Assembly: GCA_964016885.1 (NCBI GenBank)
Contig: OZ024760.1
Span: 2,790,001-2,854,000 of the forward strand
Direction of reading: 5' to 3'
DNA length: 64,000 nucleotides
Source: Eledone cirrhosa
Lineage: Eukaryota
Every line of letters begins with the position of its first letter. The first letter of the stretch is position 1. The position numbers and the translations under genes are program-made. Below are positions 27,851-41,430 of this stretch, piece after piece. The notes below the pieces were generated by a model. It was not told the origin of the DNA. It did no database searches and worked only from the letters and a program-made list of their open reading frames with translations.

Positions 27851-28225
27851 TAATATATATATATATATACATATATATACACACATATATATACATATAT
27901 ATACACATATATATATACATACATATATATATTATATATACATATACATATATGAATATATATATATATATATACATATATACATATATATACATATATG
28001 AATATATATATATATACATATATATGTTATATATATATATACATATATGAATATATATATATATATATACATATATACATATATATACATATACATATAT
28101 GAATATATATATATATATACATATATACATATATATACATATATGAATATATATATATATACATATATATATTATATATACATATACATATATGAATATA
28201 TATATATATATATACATATATACAC

Positions 28226-28259
<34 letters not shown>

Positions 28260-28260
<1 letters not shown>

Positions 28261-28456
28261 ACGAAGGAAATGTGGTAAGGAACCAGGTGGACCATAACGC
28301 ACCAAAGTACTCAATACTTGAGATAGTAGAGTGGGTAATAGGGACCAGTAAGACCCCGACAGCTGAGCTCAAGACGTTTCGACGGCAAATTCTGGACTAG
28401 CCAGAATTAGCCGTCGAAACGGCTTGAGCTCAGCTGTCGGGGTCTTACTGGTCCCT
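28260..28456. mobile_element. Fold-back mini-element family A
   Basis: Same layout as 5848-6050; both arms share private variants (gggaccagtaagacccc). Confidence 0.8.
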
Positions 28457-29027
28457 ATATATATATATATATATATATATAGTGGAAGTTTTATAAATAC
28501 TAATACATTAAAACATAGGGTTTTTACGCCTCGAATATATCTGGCTATTTTTAAATTTTCTCTCTCGCTATTTTTTTCTCTCTCTATATTTTTTTCTCTC
28601 TATATATATCTCCCTTACATTAATACTAGAGCTAAATAAATAAATAAATAAATAAATGTATCATTGATACATTTACTCAAAATTGACCTCCCACTACCTA
28701 ATTTTCTATCTATATATATATGTATCTATCTCTATTTCCTCTCTCTATATATATATATATATCTTTCTGTTTCTTTACATGAAGTTCTTTATCTCTTTCT
28801 GTTTCTTTACATGAAGTTCTTCTCTTTATCTATCTTTCCATCTCTCTTTTTTGTTCCATGCATTTCTTCTTTTTCTTCCTTTTCTTCGTTCTCTGTCTTT
28901 CTTTCTTTTTTCTCTCTTTCTTTCTCTCTGTGTAAAATTTTTTTCACTGCCAGTTTGACCTCCTCAAATGCAAGTCGGTGTTATAACGGTATGTCGAATC
29001 TATTTATCTATAAAACTGTTTATATTG

Positions 29028-29093
29028 TATTTTGTCTGAGGAAGGCATAGCATATTGTTAATATGATATCCCCGAAATATATATAATGAAATA
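29028..29093 (+). ncRNA. Type-I hammerhead ribozyme motif (family B)
   Basis: tattttgt-CTGAGGA-aggcatagcatatt..aatatgatatcccc-GAAAT-ATAT-ATA-atgaaata; stem II imperfect. Confidence 0.7.
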
Positions 29094-29130
29094 AATATGG
29101 TTTTATAAATATAGTTTCCATTTATTTAAT

Positions 29131-29302
<172 letters not shown>

Positions 29303-29464
29303 CACACAGACATATATATATATGTATGTATGCATGTATGTGTGTTTGGCAAATTTAAGTTCGGTCTATTAAGTACTTACACTCATAAATGATCCCATTG
29401 TATTTGCAATCTGCCAGGAAGGACTTTAAAAGCTACACATATTGTCTTCCATGATGGAATCCTT

Positions 29465-29920
29465 GGAAATGTGATTATCACCATTACCTCCACCATTACA
29501 ATTACCATAACCGTCACCATGACCACCACTATTATCTTCACCATCGCCATTACTTTCACCGTCACCACTACCATCAGAATTGCCACCACCACCACCATCA
29601 CCATCTCCTCCACCAGACCCAGCACCATCTCCAGTACCGCTACTATCACCATCACCACTACCACCATCAACATTACCATTACCACTACCACCACCACCAT
29701 TTACCAATACCATTACTATTACCACTAATTTCACCTATTACCACTACCATCGCCATTACCACCACCACCACAATCACCATCAGCACCACCATAAACATTA
29801 CCATTGCCACCACCATCACCTCCACCAATACCACCACCATCACCTTTACAATCACCATCACGGCCACCATAAATACTACCATTACCACCGTCACCCCTAT
29901 TACCACTACCATCACCCCTA
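29465..29920. repeat. Degenerate (CAC/CAT/TAC)n trinucleotide tract
   Basis: Low-complexity ACC-rich sequence; similar tracts at 23350-23520 and 59860-60503. Confidence 0.9.
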
Positions 29921-30368
29921 TTGGGAACGTAATATCATGTCTACAAAAAGGAATTGGCAAAAAAAAAAAAAAAAAGGGTTTATTATTTTCATCAACACAA
30001 TGGAAATTGTATGTCTGCAAAATTTCATTAAAATATCTTCATTATTAAGAAAGTTATGATGAAATAAAGTCTGTTGGGGTCACTAAACTGTAGTTACGTT
30101 ATCTGACCTAGGGTTAAACAACAACAACAGGTTCTTTCATTAAAGATGGCAGCTGTAGTTTGTCAGCTATGATATGTTAGTCATAGTTAATAACTGTTTA
30201 TATGGATTTTACCTACCATTTTCAGCTAAAATAGAGGGTAAGTAGGTTACATTAGAATATGTCTATATTAATAACTAAATATTTATTATATTGTAACAAT
30301 ACAATAAACAGAAATTATGTTACAGTAGATTAATTTTATTATGAAAATAGCATTTATATAACTCATTG

Positions 30369-30580
30369 TACAGGATGGTTCGAAAGTCTTGTCACCCCCT
30401 ACCAAAAAGTAATGAGAAACAGCTTATGTTCCCATCGCAGTATCGTCCTCTTCGGAGGAGCTGGTTTGCCAAATCTGTGAAGTCATGTCACACATCCTCC
30501 ATGCTCTTGCCAGAATGCACACGATCATGTGTCCATACACTTGTAAGCAGCCTCTCTTCCAAACTGTAGGAGCTCTGAAA
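30369..30580 (-). mobile_element. Tc1/mariner-like transposon remnant (TIR + N-terminal HTH fragment)
   Basis: TA-caggatggttcgaaagtcttgtcacccc terminal repeat; minus translation YSLEERLLTSVWTH..SMEDV*HDF../FGKPAPPKRTILRWEHKLF resembles DUF4817-type HTH; stop and frameshift. Confidence 0.65.
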
Positions 30581-31074
30581 TAGAAAATTTTTTTATTATT
30601 ATAATTAATTGTTTCTACATTTGGCGCAAGGCCAGCAATTATCCCAGTGTATTACTGGTGCTTTATTTTATCGACCCCGTAAGGATGAAAGGTAAAGTTA
30701 ACCTCGGCAGGATTTGAACTCAGACCATAAAGGGCCGTAACTCTTTGCTGCAAAGCATGGCATCAGACCCTCTACCGATACTGCCAAATGATATTATACA
30801 TTATATTATTAAAACAAAAAATAATGGTTTCTGATTTAGTCACAAGGCCAGCAATTTTTTAGGGAAAGGAAAGTCGATTAAATCAACCAATTAACTGTCC
30901 TTAATAATAGCAATAATTGTTTCTACTTTTAGGCACAAGGCCAGTAATTTTGAAGGGGAGGGGAAAGTCGATTAAATCGATCCCAGTGCATGAGGGTGCT
31001 TTATTTTATCCACCCCGTATGTATGAAAGGCAAAGCCAACCTCACCTTTCTGGATGGCACCTGCAAAGATCTAT

Positions 31075-31935
31075 TCCTTGCTGATGACCTGGCATGCTTG
31101 TCACACAGTTACAACCAGATACAGGACAAGACCTCATGCTTGGAGATTATGTCAGCCTTGACAGGGCTCATCTGTTCCTTGCTGATGACCTGGCATGCTT
31201 GTCACACAGTTACAACCAGATACAGGACAAGACCTCATGCTTGGAGATTATGTCAGCCTTGACAGGGCTCAAGATAAACAAGAAAAAAACTGACCACTGC
31301 CAACACATTTGTCACAGTTGGCAGAGAGTCCAGCAGAGAGATGGAGTCATTTGTCTACCTGGGAAGTGTGGTTGATTGAGGTTGGGGAACCGACCAAAAC
31401 ATCACAGCCAGGATTGTCAGGGCAAGAACAGCTTTCATCATGCTAAAGAATGTCTGGGCATGAAAAGACATCTGCTTAAGAACTAAACTTCACATCTTCA
31501 ACTTCAACATGAAGGCGGTACTGCTGTAGGGATGTAAAACATGGAGGACAACAACGAAGATACAGCAGAAGACCCAGACATTCTTCAACACCTGACTGAG
31601 ACACACCTACAACATCAAATGGCTGGTGAAGATTAAAAACGAGGATCTGTGGGAGTGAGCGGGACAGGAACCAGTGGTAAAGCAGATTCTGAGGAGAGGA
31701 AATGGAACTGTATTGGACATACCCTCAGGAAACCAGCATCTAACACCACAGACCAAGTCCTGACCTGGAACTCGCAGGGTAAGAGGAAGAGAGGCTAGCC
31801 CCATGGCAGCTGGAGGTGTGGCACTGAATTAAGCAAACTGGAAGTCAAGTGGAGTGGTGAGAGCAGCCCAGGGTCATGTACAATAGCAGAGGGTTGTCAA
31901 TGGCCTATGCTCCACAGAGAGCAATGTGGCTGAAT
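31075..31935 (+). mobile_element. Older RTE LINE fragment (RT YADD region onward) with 5' tandem duplication
   Basis: FLADDLACLSHS..Q..GLKINKKKT, FVYLGSVV, later RGRGR-type region; ~100-bp 5' segment duplicated. Confidence 0.8.
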
Positions 31936-31949
31936 GATGAATGATATAT

Positions 31950-32130
31950 ATATCCTGGGTTCAATCGGGGGTAACCACAGTAAGTAGGGTACTCAATAAA
32001 TAGCAGAGTATAAATATTTAAAATAGAAATGGCTTCTACAGGACTAGAACTGTTTCATTCGGAAGAATTCATCAGGCTTCCTGAATGAAACAGTTCTAGT
32101 CCTGTAGAAGCCATTTCTATATTAAATATA
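31950..32130. mobile_element. Family D fold-back element with complementary partial hammerheads
   Basis: Minus: CTGATGA-attc-ttcc-gaat-GAAACAG..CTGTA lacking stem I; plus: ggcttc-CTGA[deletion]ATGAAACAG..CTGTA-gaagcc with perfect stem I. Confidence 0.75.
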
Positions 32131-32147
32131 TATATATATATATATAT

Positions 32148-33480
32148 ATATTTATTAAAATAAAAGATTAAAGTTTAAGCAAAGAATCGCTGCTTTCACC
32201 CTTAACGGGATCTTCTGAAACTAAAAAAGTCAATCTGTGAACGCAGAAGTAAATATTTCGAAGAACGTTGCAACCGGAGGAAGACAGGAAGACGATACTT
32301 TGGTTCGTGGAAACGTTCCCTGGCAAAGAACGGAAAAAAAACGAAAATAATACGTCATTATTTGGAGTGGTGAAAACAATTACACACAAAGACAAAACCA
32401 CGTTTATGGTATAAATGAAGTCGTAGACTAATATTCTATTATGTGGTTCAAGGAGACGTTCTCTGGCAATGAACGGAAAAAAACGAAGATAATACGTCAT
32501 TATGTGGAGCGGTGAAAACAATTACACGCAAAGACAAAACCATATTTATTGTATAAATGAAGTCGTAGACTAATATTCTATTATATGGTTCAAGGAGACG
32601 TTCTCTGGCAATGAACGGAAAAAAACGAAGATAATACGTCATTATGTGGAACGGTGAAAACAATTACACGCAAAGACAAAACCACATTTATTGTATAAAT
32701 GAAGTCGTAGACTAATATTCTATTATGTGGTTCAAGGAGACGTTCTCTGGCAATGAACGGAAAAAAACGAAGATAATACGTCATTATGTGGAGCAGTGAA
32801 AACAATTACACGCAAAGACAAAACCACATTTATTGTATAAATGAAGTCGTAGACTAATATTCTATTATGTGGTTCAAGGAGACGTTCTCTGGCAATGAAC
32901 GGAAAAAAACGAAGATAATACGTCATTATGTGGAGCAGTGAAAACAATTACACGCAAAGACAAAACCACATTTATTGTATAAATGAAGTCGTAGACTAAT
33001 ATTCTATTATGTGGTTCAAGGAGACGTTCTCTGGCAATGAACGGAAAAAAACGAAGATAATACGTCATTATTTGGAGTGGTGAAAACAATTACACGCAAA
33101 GACAAAACCACATTTATTGTATAAATGAAGTCGTAGACTAATATTCTATTATGTGGTTCAAGGAGACGTTCTCTGGCAATGAACGGAAAAAAACGAAGAT
33201 AATACGTCATTATTTGGAGTGGTGAAAACAATTACACGCAAAGACAAAACCACATTTATTGTATAAATGAAGTCGTAGACTAATATTCTATTATGTGGTT
33301 CAAGGAGACGTTCTCTGGCAATGAACGGAAAAAAACGAAGATAATACGTGATTATGTGGAGTGGTGAAATTCCATTAAAATGAAATTCATGGGGTATAAA
33401 AAAAAAAATTTGTAACGAGATTAACCAAAATAAATTGAGCATTTGTTTGTTATTAGCTCAGCGGTTGAGAAAAAATTTTG
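32148..33480. mobile_element. Family C dispersed repeat carrying a 142-bp tandem array (~7.5 units, 32302-33368)
   Basis: ggttcaaggagacgttctctggcaatgaacgg every 142 bp (32445 to 33297); reverse copy with ~2 units at 54530-54980; terminal pieces at 1760, 5625, 44455, 63238. Confidence 0.85.
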
Positions 33481-33894
33481 TTATGCTGGTATTTGTTATA
33501 ACGGAATTTTACCTGTATAATGATTCTGCGAGTGTGCAGGTGAAATACCAGAGTAACAAGGCTCACTACTTAACCATATCAAATGAATATATATATATAT
33601 AGTAATGGTGGTGGTGGTGGTGGTGGGGTATTTGTGTGTATATAATAGAATATGTACTTTTTTATGACCTATTGTACATACATAATTAAATCCCAATGCA
33701 AATGGTTGAATGAGAAACCAGATTCTTCCAAGTAGATAGCTAATAACCCCTCTATCCCTACTTCTCTCTCTCCCTCCCTCTCTCTCTCTCTCCCTCTCTC
33801 TCTCGACCTCAATACCACAACAATTGCCCAATTGTTGAGGAAGTATGACATTTGACATGATAATATGCTGAATATCTTTTCTTCTACCACAATC

Positions 33895-33936
<42 letters not shown>

Positions 33937-33939
33937 ATA

Positions 33940-34011
<72 letters not shown>

Positions 34012-34145
34012 TACATATATATGTGTATATATATTTATAAACAAATATATATATATATAGATATATAGATATATAGATAGATAGATACTTACATATATAT
34101 ATATATATATATACATACATATATATATACATATATATACACACA

Positions 34146-34199
<54 letters not shown>

Positions 34200-34944
34200 C
34201 ATACTTACATATATATTTATACTTATATATGTATACTTACATATGGTGGCTGCCAACTCGTTTTCGAGTACGGCCACTACTTTATATCCATGTAGGAGAA
34301 CCCCTATTGATGCGCTAAACGAGTGTGACTTTTTAGTCCAGCCAGTGACTTGAAAACTCTGGTACAAACACTACACTTGTGACAATTATTGACACACAGT
34401 GCTGGGCCCATGGTACCATGTGACGACAAGTGCAGAGAGATCTCCAGATATAAAGCAATGCCTGTGCCGTGAAGCTTTTATAGTGAGCAAAGGCACTGCA
34501 CAAAGCCAGTCCCACTCTCTTAACCAAGATGATATTTACCAAAAAGAAGAACAAGTCAACATCATTGGATACCATCAGAGTTGCAGGTGTTATATCAGAG
34601 TTTTCCTTCTCCTAGAATTCTGCCTTGACAAAGGCTAAGGGGTCATATACTTACATATACATATATACATACACACATATATATATATAGTCCACGCTGT
34701 AATCCTCCCCTCTCCCTCCTCCCCTTCTTCCTATCTCTCCACCTGCTCCTCCCTCTTCTCCCTCTCTCTCTCTCTCTCTCTCTTTCTCCCTTGACCATTT
34801 TCTCTTTTACCCCTGTCTCTCTCTCTCTCCTCCTCCCCTTCCTTCACCCCCTTCTCATCCCCTTCTACAGAATTCTAGCTAAAATGATTATTGGTAAAAA
34901 AAAATTCATGGTGGATTAGTGAAGGAATTAGTGTAAATAATGGT

Positions 34945-35457
34945 AATTGTTTCTACTTTTGGCACAAGGCCAGCAATTACTCAGTACATTACTGGTACTT
35001 TATTTTATCGACCCCGTAAGGATGAAAGGCAAAGTTAACCTCGGCAGGATTTGAACTCAGATCATACAGGGAGGTAACTCTATGCTTCAAAGCATGGGAA
35101 TTGGTGTAAATAATGGTAATTGTTTCTACTTTTGGCACAAGGCCAGCAATTATCCCAATGCATTACTGGTACTTTATTTTATCGACCCCCGTAAGGATGA
35201 AAGGCAAAGTCAACCTCGGCGGGATTTGAACTCAGATCGTAAAGGGACGTAACTATGCTGGAAAGCATGGCGTCCGACCCTCTACCGATACTGCCAATCC
35301 ACCGCCCTATTGGTGTAAATAATGGTAATTGTTTCTACTTTTGGCACAAGGCCAGCAATTATCCCAGTGCATTACTGGTACTTTATTTTATCGACCCCGT
35401 AAGGATGAAAGGCAAAGTTAACCTCGGTGGGATTTGAACTCAGAATGGCAAGGGCCA
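34945..35457 (-). mobile_element. Three SINE S1 copies at one reiterated target site
   Basis: gtgtaaataatggtaat precedes each copy and its core recurs after the last. Confidence 0.85.
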
Positions 35458-36127
35458 AATAATGGTAATGAAGAGAAGTTTGGGGTAGAACACAATACAA
35501 ATATATTGAAACATTATCAGGACTATAATACAAGAACTGGTTAATCACGGCAACTCCTTAACTCTTTGGCATTTACATTACTCTATATATACTATTGGTG
35601 GATTGGCAGTATCGGTAGAGGGTCGGACGCCATGCTTTCCAGCATAGTTACGTCCCTTTACGATCTGAGATCAAATCCTGCCAAGGTTGACTTTGCCTTT
35701 CATCCTTACAGGGTCGATAAAATAAAGTACCAGTAATGTACTGGGGTAATTCCTGGCCTTGTACCTAAAGTAGAAACAATTACTCTATATATACTATTGT
35801 ATTTTTGTGGTAAAGGCTTTATTTCACATACTTATCTGACATAATATCGAATCTACAAGATTTTGATATTATTTATTTTGAGAACAATACCTTAACATCA
35901 GTATGAACAGCCAGTTTCCAGCTAGTTTGAATAGAAAATGATGAGAGAATTCCAGCTGGATTTGGCCAGTTTAAATGCTAAAGGGTTAAACTGAAGAACT
36001 AAGGCTAAAAGAATGATGTAGAACAATCTCTGAATTGAGAAGAAGCTGTATAAATAACTGGAGTGAAGAGAAGTGTGTGGTAGAACTCAATACCTGGCTG
36101 GTAGGATATTGTAAAAACATTGTCAGG

Positions 36128-37610
36128 ACTGGAATACCATGTTGGTTGGAATATAGTACGGACCGGGATATCATGTTGGTTGGAATATAGTAGAGACTGG
36201 GATACCATGTTAGTTGGAATATAGTAGAGACTAGGATACCATGTTAGTTGGAATATAGTAGAGACTGGGATACCATATTGGAATATAGTAGAGACTGTGA
36301 TACCATGTTAGTTGGAATATAGTAGAGACTGGGATACCATGTTAGTTGGAATATAGTAGAGACTGGGATACCTTGTTAGTTGGAATATAGTAGAGACTAG
36401 GATACCATGTTAGTTGGAATATAGTAGAGACTGGGATACCATATTGGAATATAGTAGAGACTGCGATACCATGTTAGTTGGAATATAGTAGAGACTGGGA
36501 TACCATGTTAGTTGGAATATAGTAGAGACTGGGATACCATGTTAGTTGGAATATAGTAGAGACTGGGATACCATGTTAGTTGGAATATAGTAGAGACTGG
36601 GATACCATGTTAGTTGGAATATAGTAGAGACTGGGATACCATGTTAGTTGGAATATAGTAGAGACTGGGATACCATGTTAGTTGGAATATAGTAGAGACT
36701 GGGATACCATGTTAGTTGGAATATAGTAGAGACTGGGATACCATGTTAGTTGGAATATAGTAGAGACTGGGATACCATGTTAGTTGGAATATAGTAGAGA
36801 CTGGGATACCATGTTAGTTGGAATATAGTAGAGACTGGGATACCATGTTAGTTGGAATATAGTAGAGACTGGGATACCATGTTAGTTGGAATAGAGTAGA
36901 GACTGGGATACCATGTTAGTTGGAATATAGTAGAGACTGGGATACCATGTTGGTTGGAATATAGTAGAGACTGGGATACCATGTTAGTTGGAATATAGTA
37001 GAGACTGGGATACCATATTGGTTGGAATATAGTAGACTGGGATACCATGTTGGTTGGAATATAGTAGAGACTGGGATACCATGTTGGTTGGAATATAGTA
37101 GAGATTGGGATACCATGTTGGTTGGAATATAGTAGAGACTGGGATACCATGTTAGTTGGAATATAGTAGAGACTGGGATACCATATTGGTTGGAATATAG
37201 TAGACTGGGATACCATGTTGGTTGGAATATAGTAGAGACTGGGATACCATGTTGGTTGGAATATAGTAGAGACTGGGATACCATGTTAGTTGGAATATAG
37301 TAGAGACTGGGATACCATATTGGTTGGAATATAGTAGACTGGGATACCATGTTGGTTGGAATATAGTAGAGACTGGGATACCATGTTGGTTGGAATATAG
37401 TAGAGACTGGGATACCATGTTAGTTGGAATATAGTAGAGACTGGGATACCATATTGGTTGGAATATAGTAGACTGGGATACCATGTTGGTTGGAATATAG
37501 TAGAGACTGGGATACCATATTGGTTGGAATATAGTAGACTGGGATACCATATTGAAATATAGTAGACTGGGATATAGTAGAGACTGGAATACCATGCTGG
37601 TTGGAATATG
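36128..37610. repeat. 34-bp minisatellite (~43 units, with shorter variants)
   Basis: Unit gggataccatgttagttggaatatagtagagact. Confidence 0.95.
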
Positions 37611-37758
37611 ATATGGTATATGGTATGGACCTGTAACTCCTGAGGAGTTGTAGGGGTCCCATGTTAACATACAGTGTTTCTAAGGCATTTTTTAAAAACC
37701 TGGCGGAGCCCGTCCCCTCTCCAGGCCTGAATACAGTAGATTTCCTCCAGAGAAGGAT

Positions 37759-37789
<31 letters not shown>

Positions 37790-38199
37790 GTGAGAAAGAG
37801 ATATAGAGAAAGAACCGACGCCAGCACTTGATTTGTACTTTTTTTTATCAATTATGAATGGCAATGTTGACCTCTGGTAAATAGAACATACTTATAAAAA
37901 TACCAGGCTTTTCGGATATAATACAAATATTTTCGAGAATGGAATACTGTTTTAGTTGGAATATGATACAAACTGAAATATTGGCTTGTGGGATATTGTA
38001 TAAATATTTTTGATACTGTATTGGTTGGAATATTGTAGAAACTCCATAAACACTATTTTAATGCTTCTGTGAAAAATTCAGGCTATAACACTTATGTAAA
38101 GTGATCCCTGATTCATTACAAAAGGACTTATAGCAACGGTAGTAAACTAAAGTATGTGGCAGAATGAAATACCAGGCCGGCTAAAGACAAGTAGACAAG

Positions 38200-38395
38200 T
38201 ATCACTGGCTATAGACAATTTCACTGGCTATAGACGATATCACTGGCTATAGACAATATCACTGGCTATAGACGATATCACTGGCTATAGACAATATCAC
38301 TGGCTATAGACGATATCACTGGCTATAGACGATATCACTGGCTATAGACAATATCACTGGCTATAGACGATATCACTGGCTATAGACAATATCCT
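38200..38395. repeat. 19-bp minisatellite (~10 units)
   Basis: Unit tatcactggctatagac(a/g)a. Confidence 0.9.
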
Positions 38396-38831
38396 GGCTG
38401 GCCATAACTCTCATGAAATAATATTTTCTATATCTTTCAATTAATTTTGGAAATAATCAAGACATGCTTTGAAGGATTCAGTAAAAAAACAACTACAAAA
38501 AAAATTAAATAAAAGAACAAATATTCATTATCTGGAACGTAATTTAAGAAAAGGCTTTTTACATTATGAGGTTATATAATATGAAGGTAGGTTTTTTTAT
38601 TTTCAATTTTTTTACTTCATAATCATTAACAACGTTTATTGTTCATTTTTCTTGACTAATATGGGTTAGATGAGTTATCCTGTTGTGAGACAAGTCAGAT
38701 CAGGTGACCATGTTGTGTACATACAGAACTGTTTCTGGCTTGGTTGCCACAGCTGAATGCCCTTCCTAATCCCAACCACATTTAAAGTGTGGTGGTCTTG
38801 TATAGGTTGATATCAAAATAACTAAATCCTA

Positions 38832-39382
38832 TTTAACCCTCTTGATATCAAACCACATGAAATCGCACCTGGGTTTAATGATACTAAGCTTCTTGTTTTA
38901 AAGTGCTTATATTTATCTAAAAACCTTCCATTTGATACGAAATTGCATGAAACCACACCTGGGTTTACACTACAAAACTGATTGTTTTAAAATTTTTATA
39001 GTTATTTAAAAACCTTCCATCATATTTTTTTTGTAAGAAACTTTGTTAAGTTATGTTCCAAACACCAATTTAATAATGAGAAAGTAAGTTATAATACTAA
39101 ATACTTTTATATTTTAAAAATTATTTTCCAAATCAAAAGTAGTGTCTTTCATTAGAAATATGAAGATGAAAAAACTTTCCATCAGATGTTTATCTAAGAA
39201 CCTTTGTTAAGTTATGTTCCGAACACCAGCTCAATAATAAGAAAGTTAGTTATATTACTAAATCTCTCCAAATTTTTTTTATTATTTTCAAAATAATTTG
39301 AAGATCATTAGAAATATGGTAATGAAAGGGTTAATGACATAGGCAGTGTCTTTCATTAGAAATATGGCAATGAAAGGGTTAA
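38832..39382. mobile_element. Second TTAA-flanked MITE family with internal duplications
   Basis: ttaaccctcttgatatcaaac ... gaaatatggtaatgaaagggttaa (end duplicated); related pieces near 46630, 48270, 62100, 62570. Confidence 0.55.
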
Positions 39383-40177
39383 AGTATAAATGTTCTAAAA
39401 AGGATCAAAGGCTATTAATATTTCCCCAACTCCCCATCTCTTCATCATCATCATCACCACCACCACTAAATGAGTTATACATATAGTTTAACATAGAAAA
39501 TATGTCAAATAGTGATGATGCTGATATATATGTATATATGGGTATGTGATATTATATGAAATAAATAAGAAAAAATATATACATACATGTATTATTGATG
39601 GACATGAGTAAAGGTACTCAATACCAAAGTGCAGTTTAAATATTCATGATCCTGCAAGTACACAGGTGAAACTCCAGAGTAACAAAGCACACCAGTTAGC
39701 CATATTAACTGAATATATATATATTCTAGCTGTTGAAATGATGGGAACTCAACCGTCAGGGCCCCAAAGTTTTTATATTACCCACTCTACTACCCCAAGT
39801 ATCGAGTACTCTGGTGAATAATGGTCTGTTTTTTTACCACTTCCATTCTGATGATTGGGTTGGAAAAAGAAAACAAGAGGCTGCATTACTTGATGAATGG
39901 AAATGAAAATAAACCTTCTCCTTATACTATATAAATATATATCCACTCTGTAAATGTGGTTGGTGTTTGGAAGGGCATCCAGGCATAGAAAACCTGCCAG
40001 GTATAGTCCTATACGAGCGAGACACGGTCACCCGACCAATCTTGCCTCAAGTGGGACAACTCCCGTCTAACCCATGCTAGCGTGGAAGATAGACATTAGA
40101 CGATGATGGTGATGATATATATATATATATGTATATATAGAGATTACAGTAATCAAAGTTCAGTTTAAGTCATTTAT

Positions 40178-40226
40178 TTGCTTACAATTGTTTCCTCCAA
40201 ACCGAGGTTTGGATTCTTCGGAGCAA
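40178..40226 (-). ncRNA. Compact type-I hammerhead motif, U4C core variant
   Basis: Minus strand ttgct-CCGAAGA-a-tccaaac-ctcg-gtttgga-g-GAAAC-AATT-GTA-agcaa. Confidence 0.7.
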
Positions 40227-40550
40227 CTATTTATAACATACTTGACCTCCTTTTCAACCCAAGAGACATATAAAACATATGCGCATATTGATCAACAGTG
40301 GGGTGACATTCATCAAATGAAACAGCATGGCAATTTACATATAAAGTGTTACATGATAAAAATAAAATAAAATAAAATAAAATAAAAGCAAGAGTGAAAA
40401 TAAAGATAAACATGAAGCGTTGGCAGTCTATGAAGATAAAGCAATATATGTATATATATATATATATATATATAAGTAGTGGCAACCCAAAATAACAAAT
40501 TGGGTGTCTAACAATTCAGCAACATTTGGATGTGAGTCTATATGTGAAAG

Positions 40551-40619
40551 CACATATCTGAGGAGCTTTCGATTCCAGAGTCCTCAAGCTGATTGGCAGT
40601 GAAACATATGTAATATGTG
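40551..40619 (+). ncRNA. Type-I hammerhead ribozyme motif
   Basis: Stem I cacatat/atatgtg (7 bp); CTGAGGA 40558-40564; stem II base gct/agt; GAAAC-ATAT-GTA; truncated inverted relative at 24080-24190. Confidence 0.8.
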
Positions 40620-40696
40620 ATTAAATATGTATATGATACAATACTGATTCTTTGTTCCCTAATTATATATATATATATATATATATGTATTTATAG

Positions 40697-41430
40697 CAGG
40701 CAAACTAACAGGTAGGGAGAAATATGTATGCAGTAGATGTACAGGGAAATTAGACAGTAGAAGTCGCACTGATAGACACATTTTTCAAATGCGAGAGGGC
40801 GCTATAGAAGTGGTGGATAGCTTCCGGTACCTAGGAGATCAGATTAGCATAGGAGGAGGGTGTTCCGAGGCCATAGTATCTAAAATAAGGACGGGTTGGA
40901 AGAAGTTTAGGGAGCTGCTTCCTCTGTTGACGAAGAAGGGTTTCTCCCTGCGTACGAAAGGCCGGTTGTATGATGCCTGTGTGAGGAGCGCGATGCTGCA
41001 TGGTAGTGAGACATGGGCAGCAACCGCAGAGGATATGCGACGGCTGGAGAGAAATGAGGCAAGCATGCTCCGTTGGATGTGCAGTGTAAATGTGCGTGAA
41101 TGACCCAGCATAAATGTGTTGAGAGAGAAACTGTGTCTGAGAGGGATAGAATGTAGTGTACGGGAGAGGAGACTGAGGTGGTATGGACATGTGATGCGCA
41201 TGGAGGATGACCGATGGGTGAAGAAGTGCCAGGAAATGCCAGTTGAAGGAAGACGTGGTAGAGGTAGACCACGAAAAACATGGGCGGAGGTGGTGAGAAC
41301 AGACCTCAGATCATTGAAGCTCACGGTGGAGATGACGAGGGACCGTGACGAGTGGAGAGATGCTGTGCTGAATAAGACCCGTCCCACCCTTGCAAGCAGG
41401 GAAAAGCGGACGTAAAATGATGATGATGAT
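40697..41430 (+). mobile_element. Young 5'-truncated RTE LINE
   Basis: IEVVDSFRYLGDQI..GWKKFREL..KGRLYDACVRSAMLHGSETW..RRLRWYGHVMRM..GRPRKTW; single TGA at 41101; (ATG)n tail; shorter copies at 45080-45230(-), 49597-49835(+), 49930-50295(-), 52862-53054(+). Confidence 0.95.
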
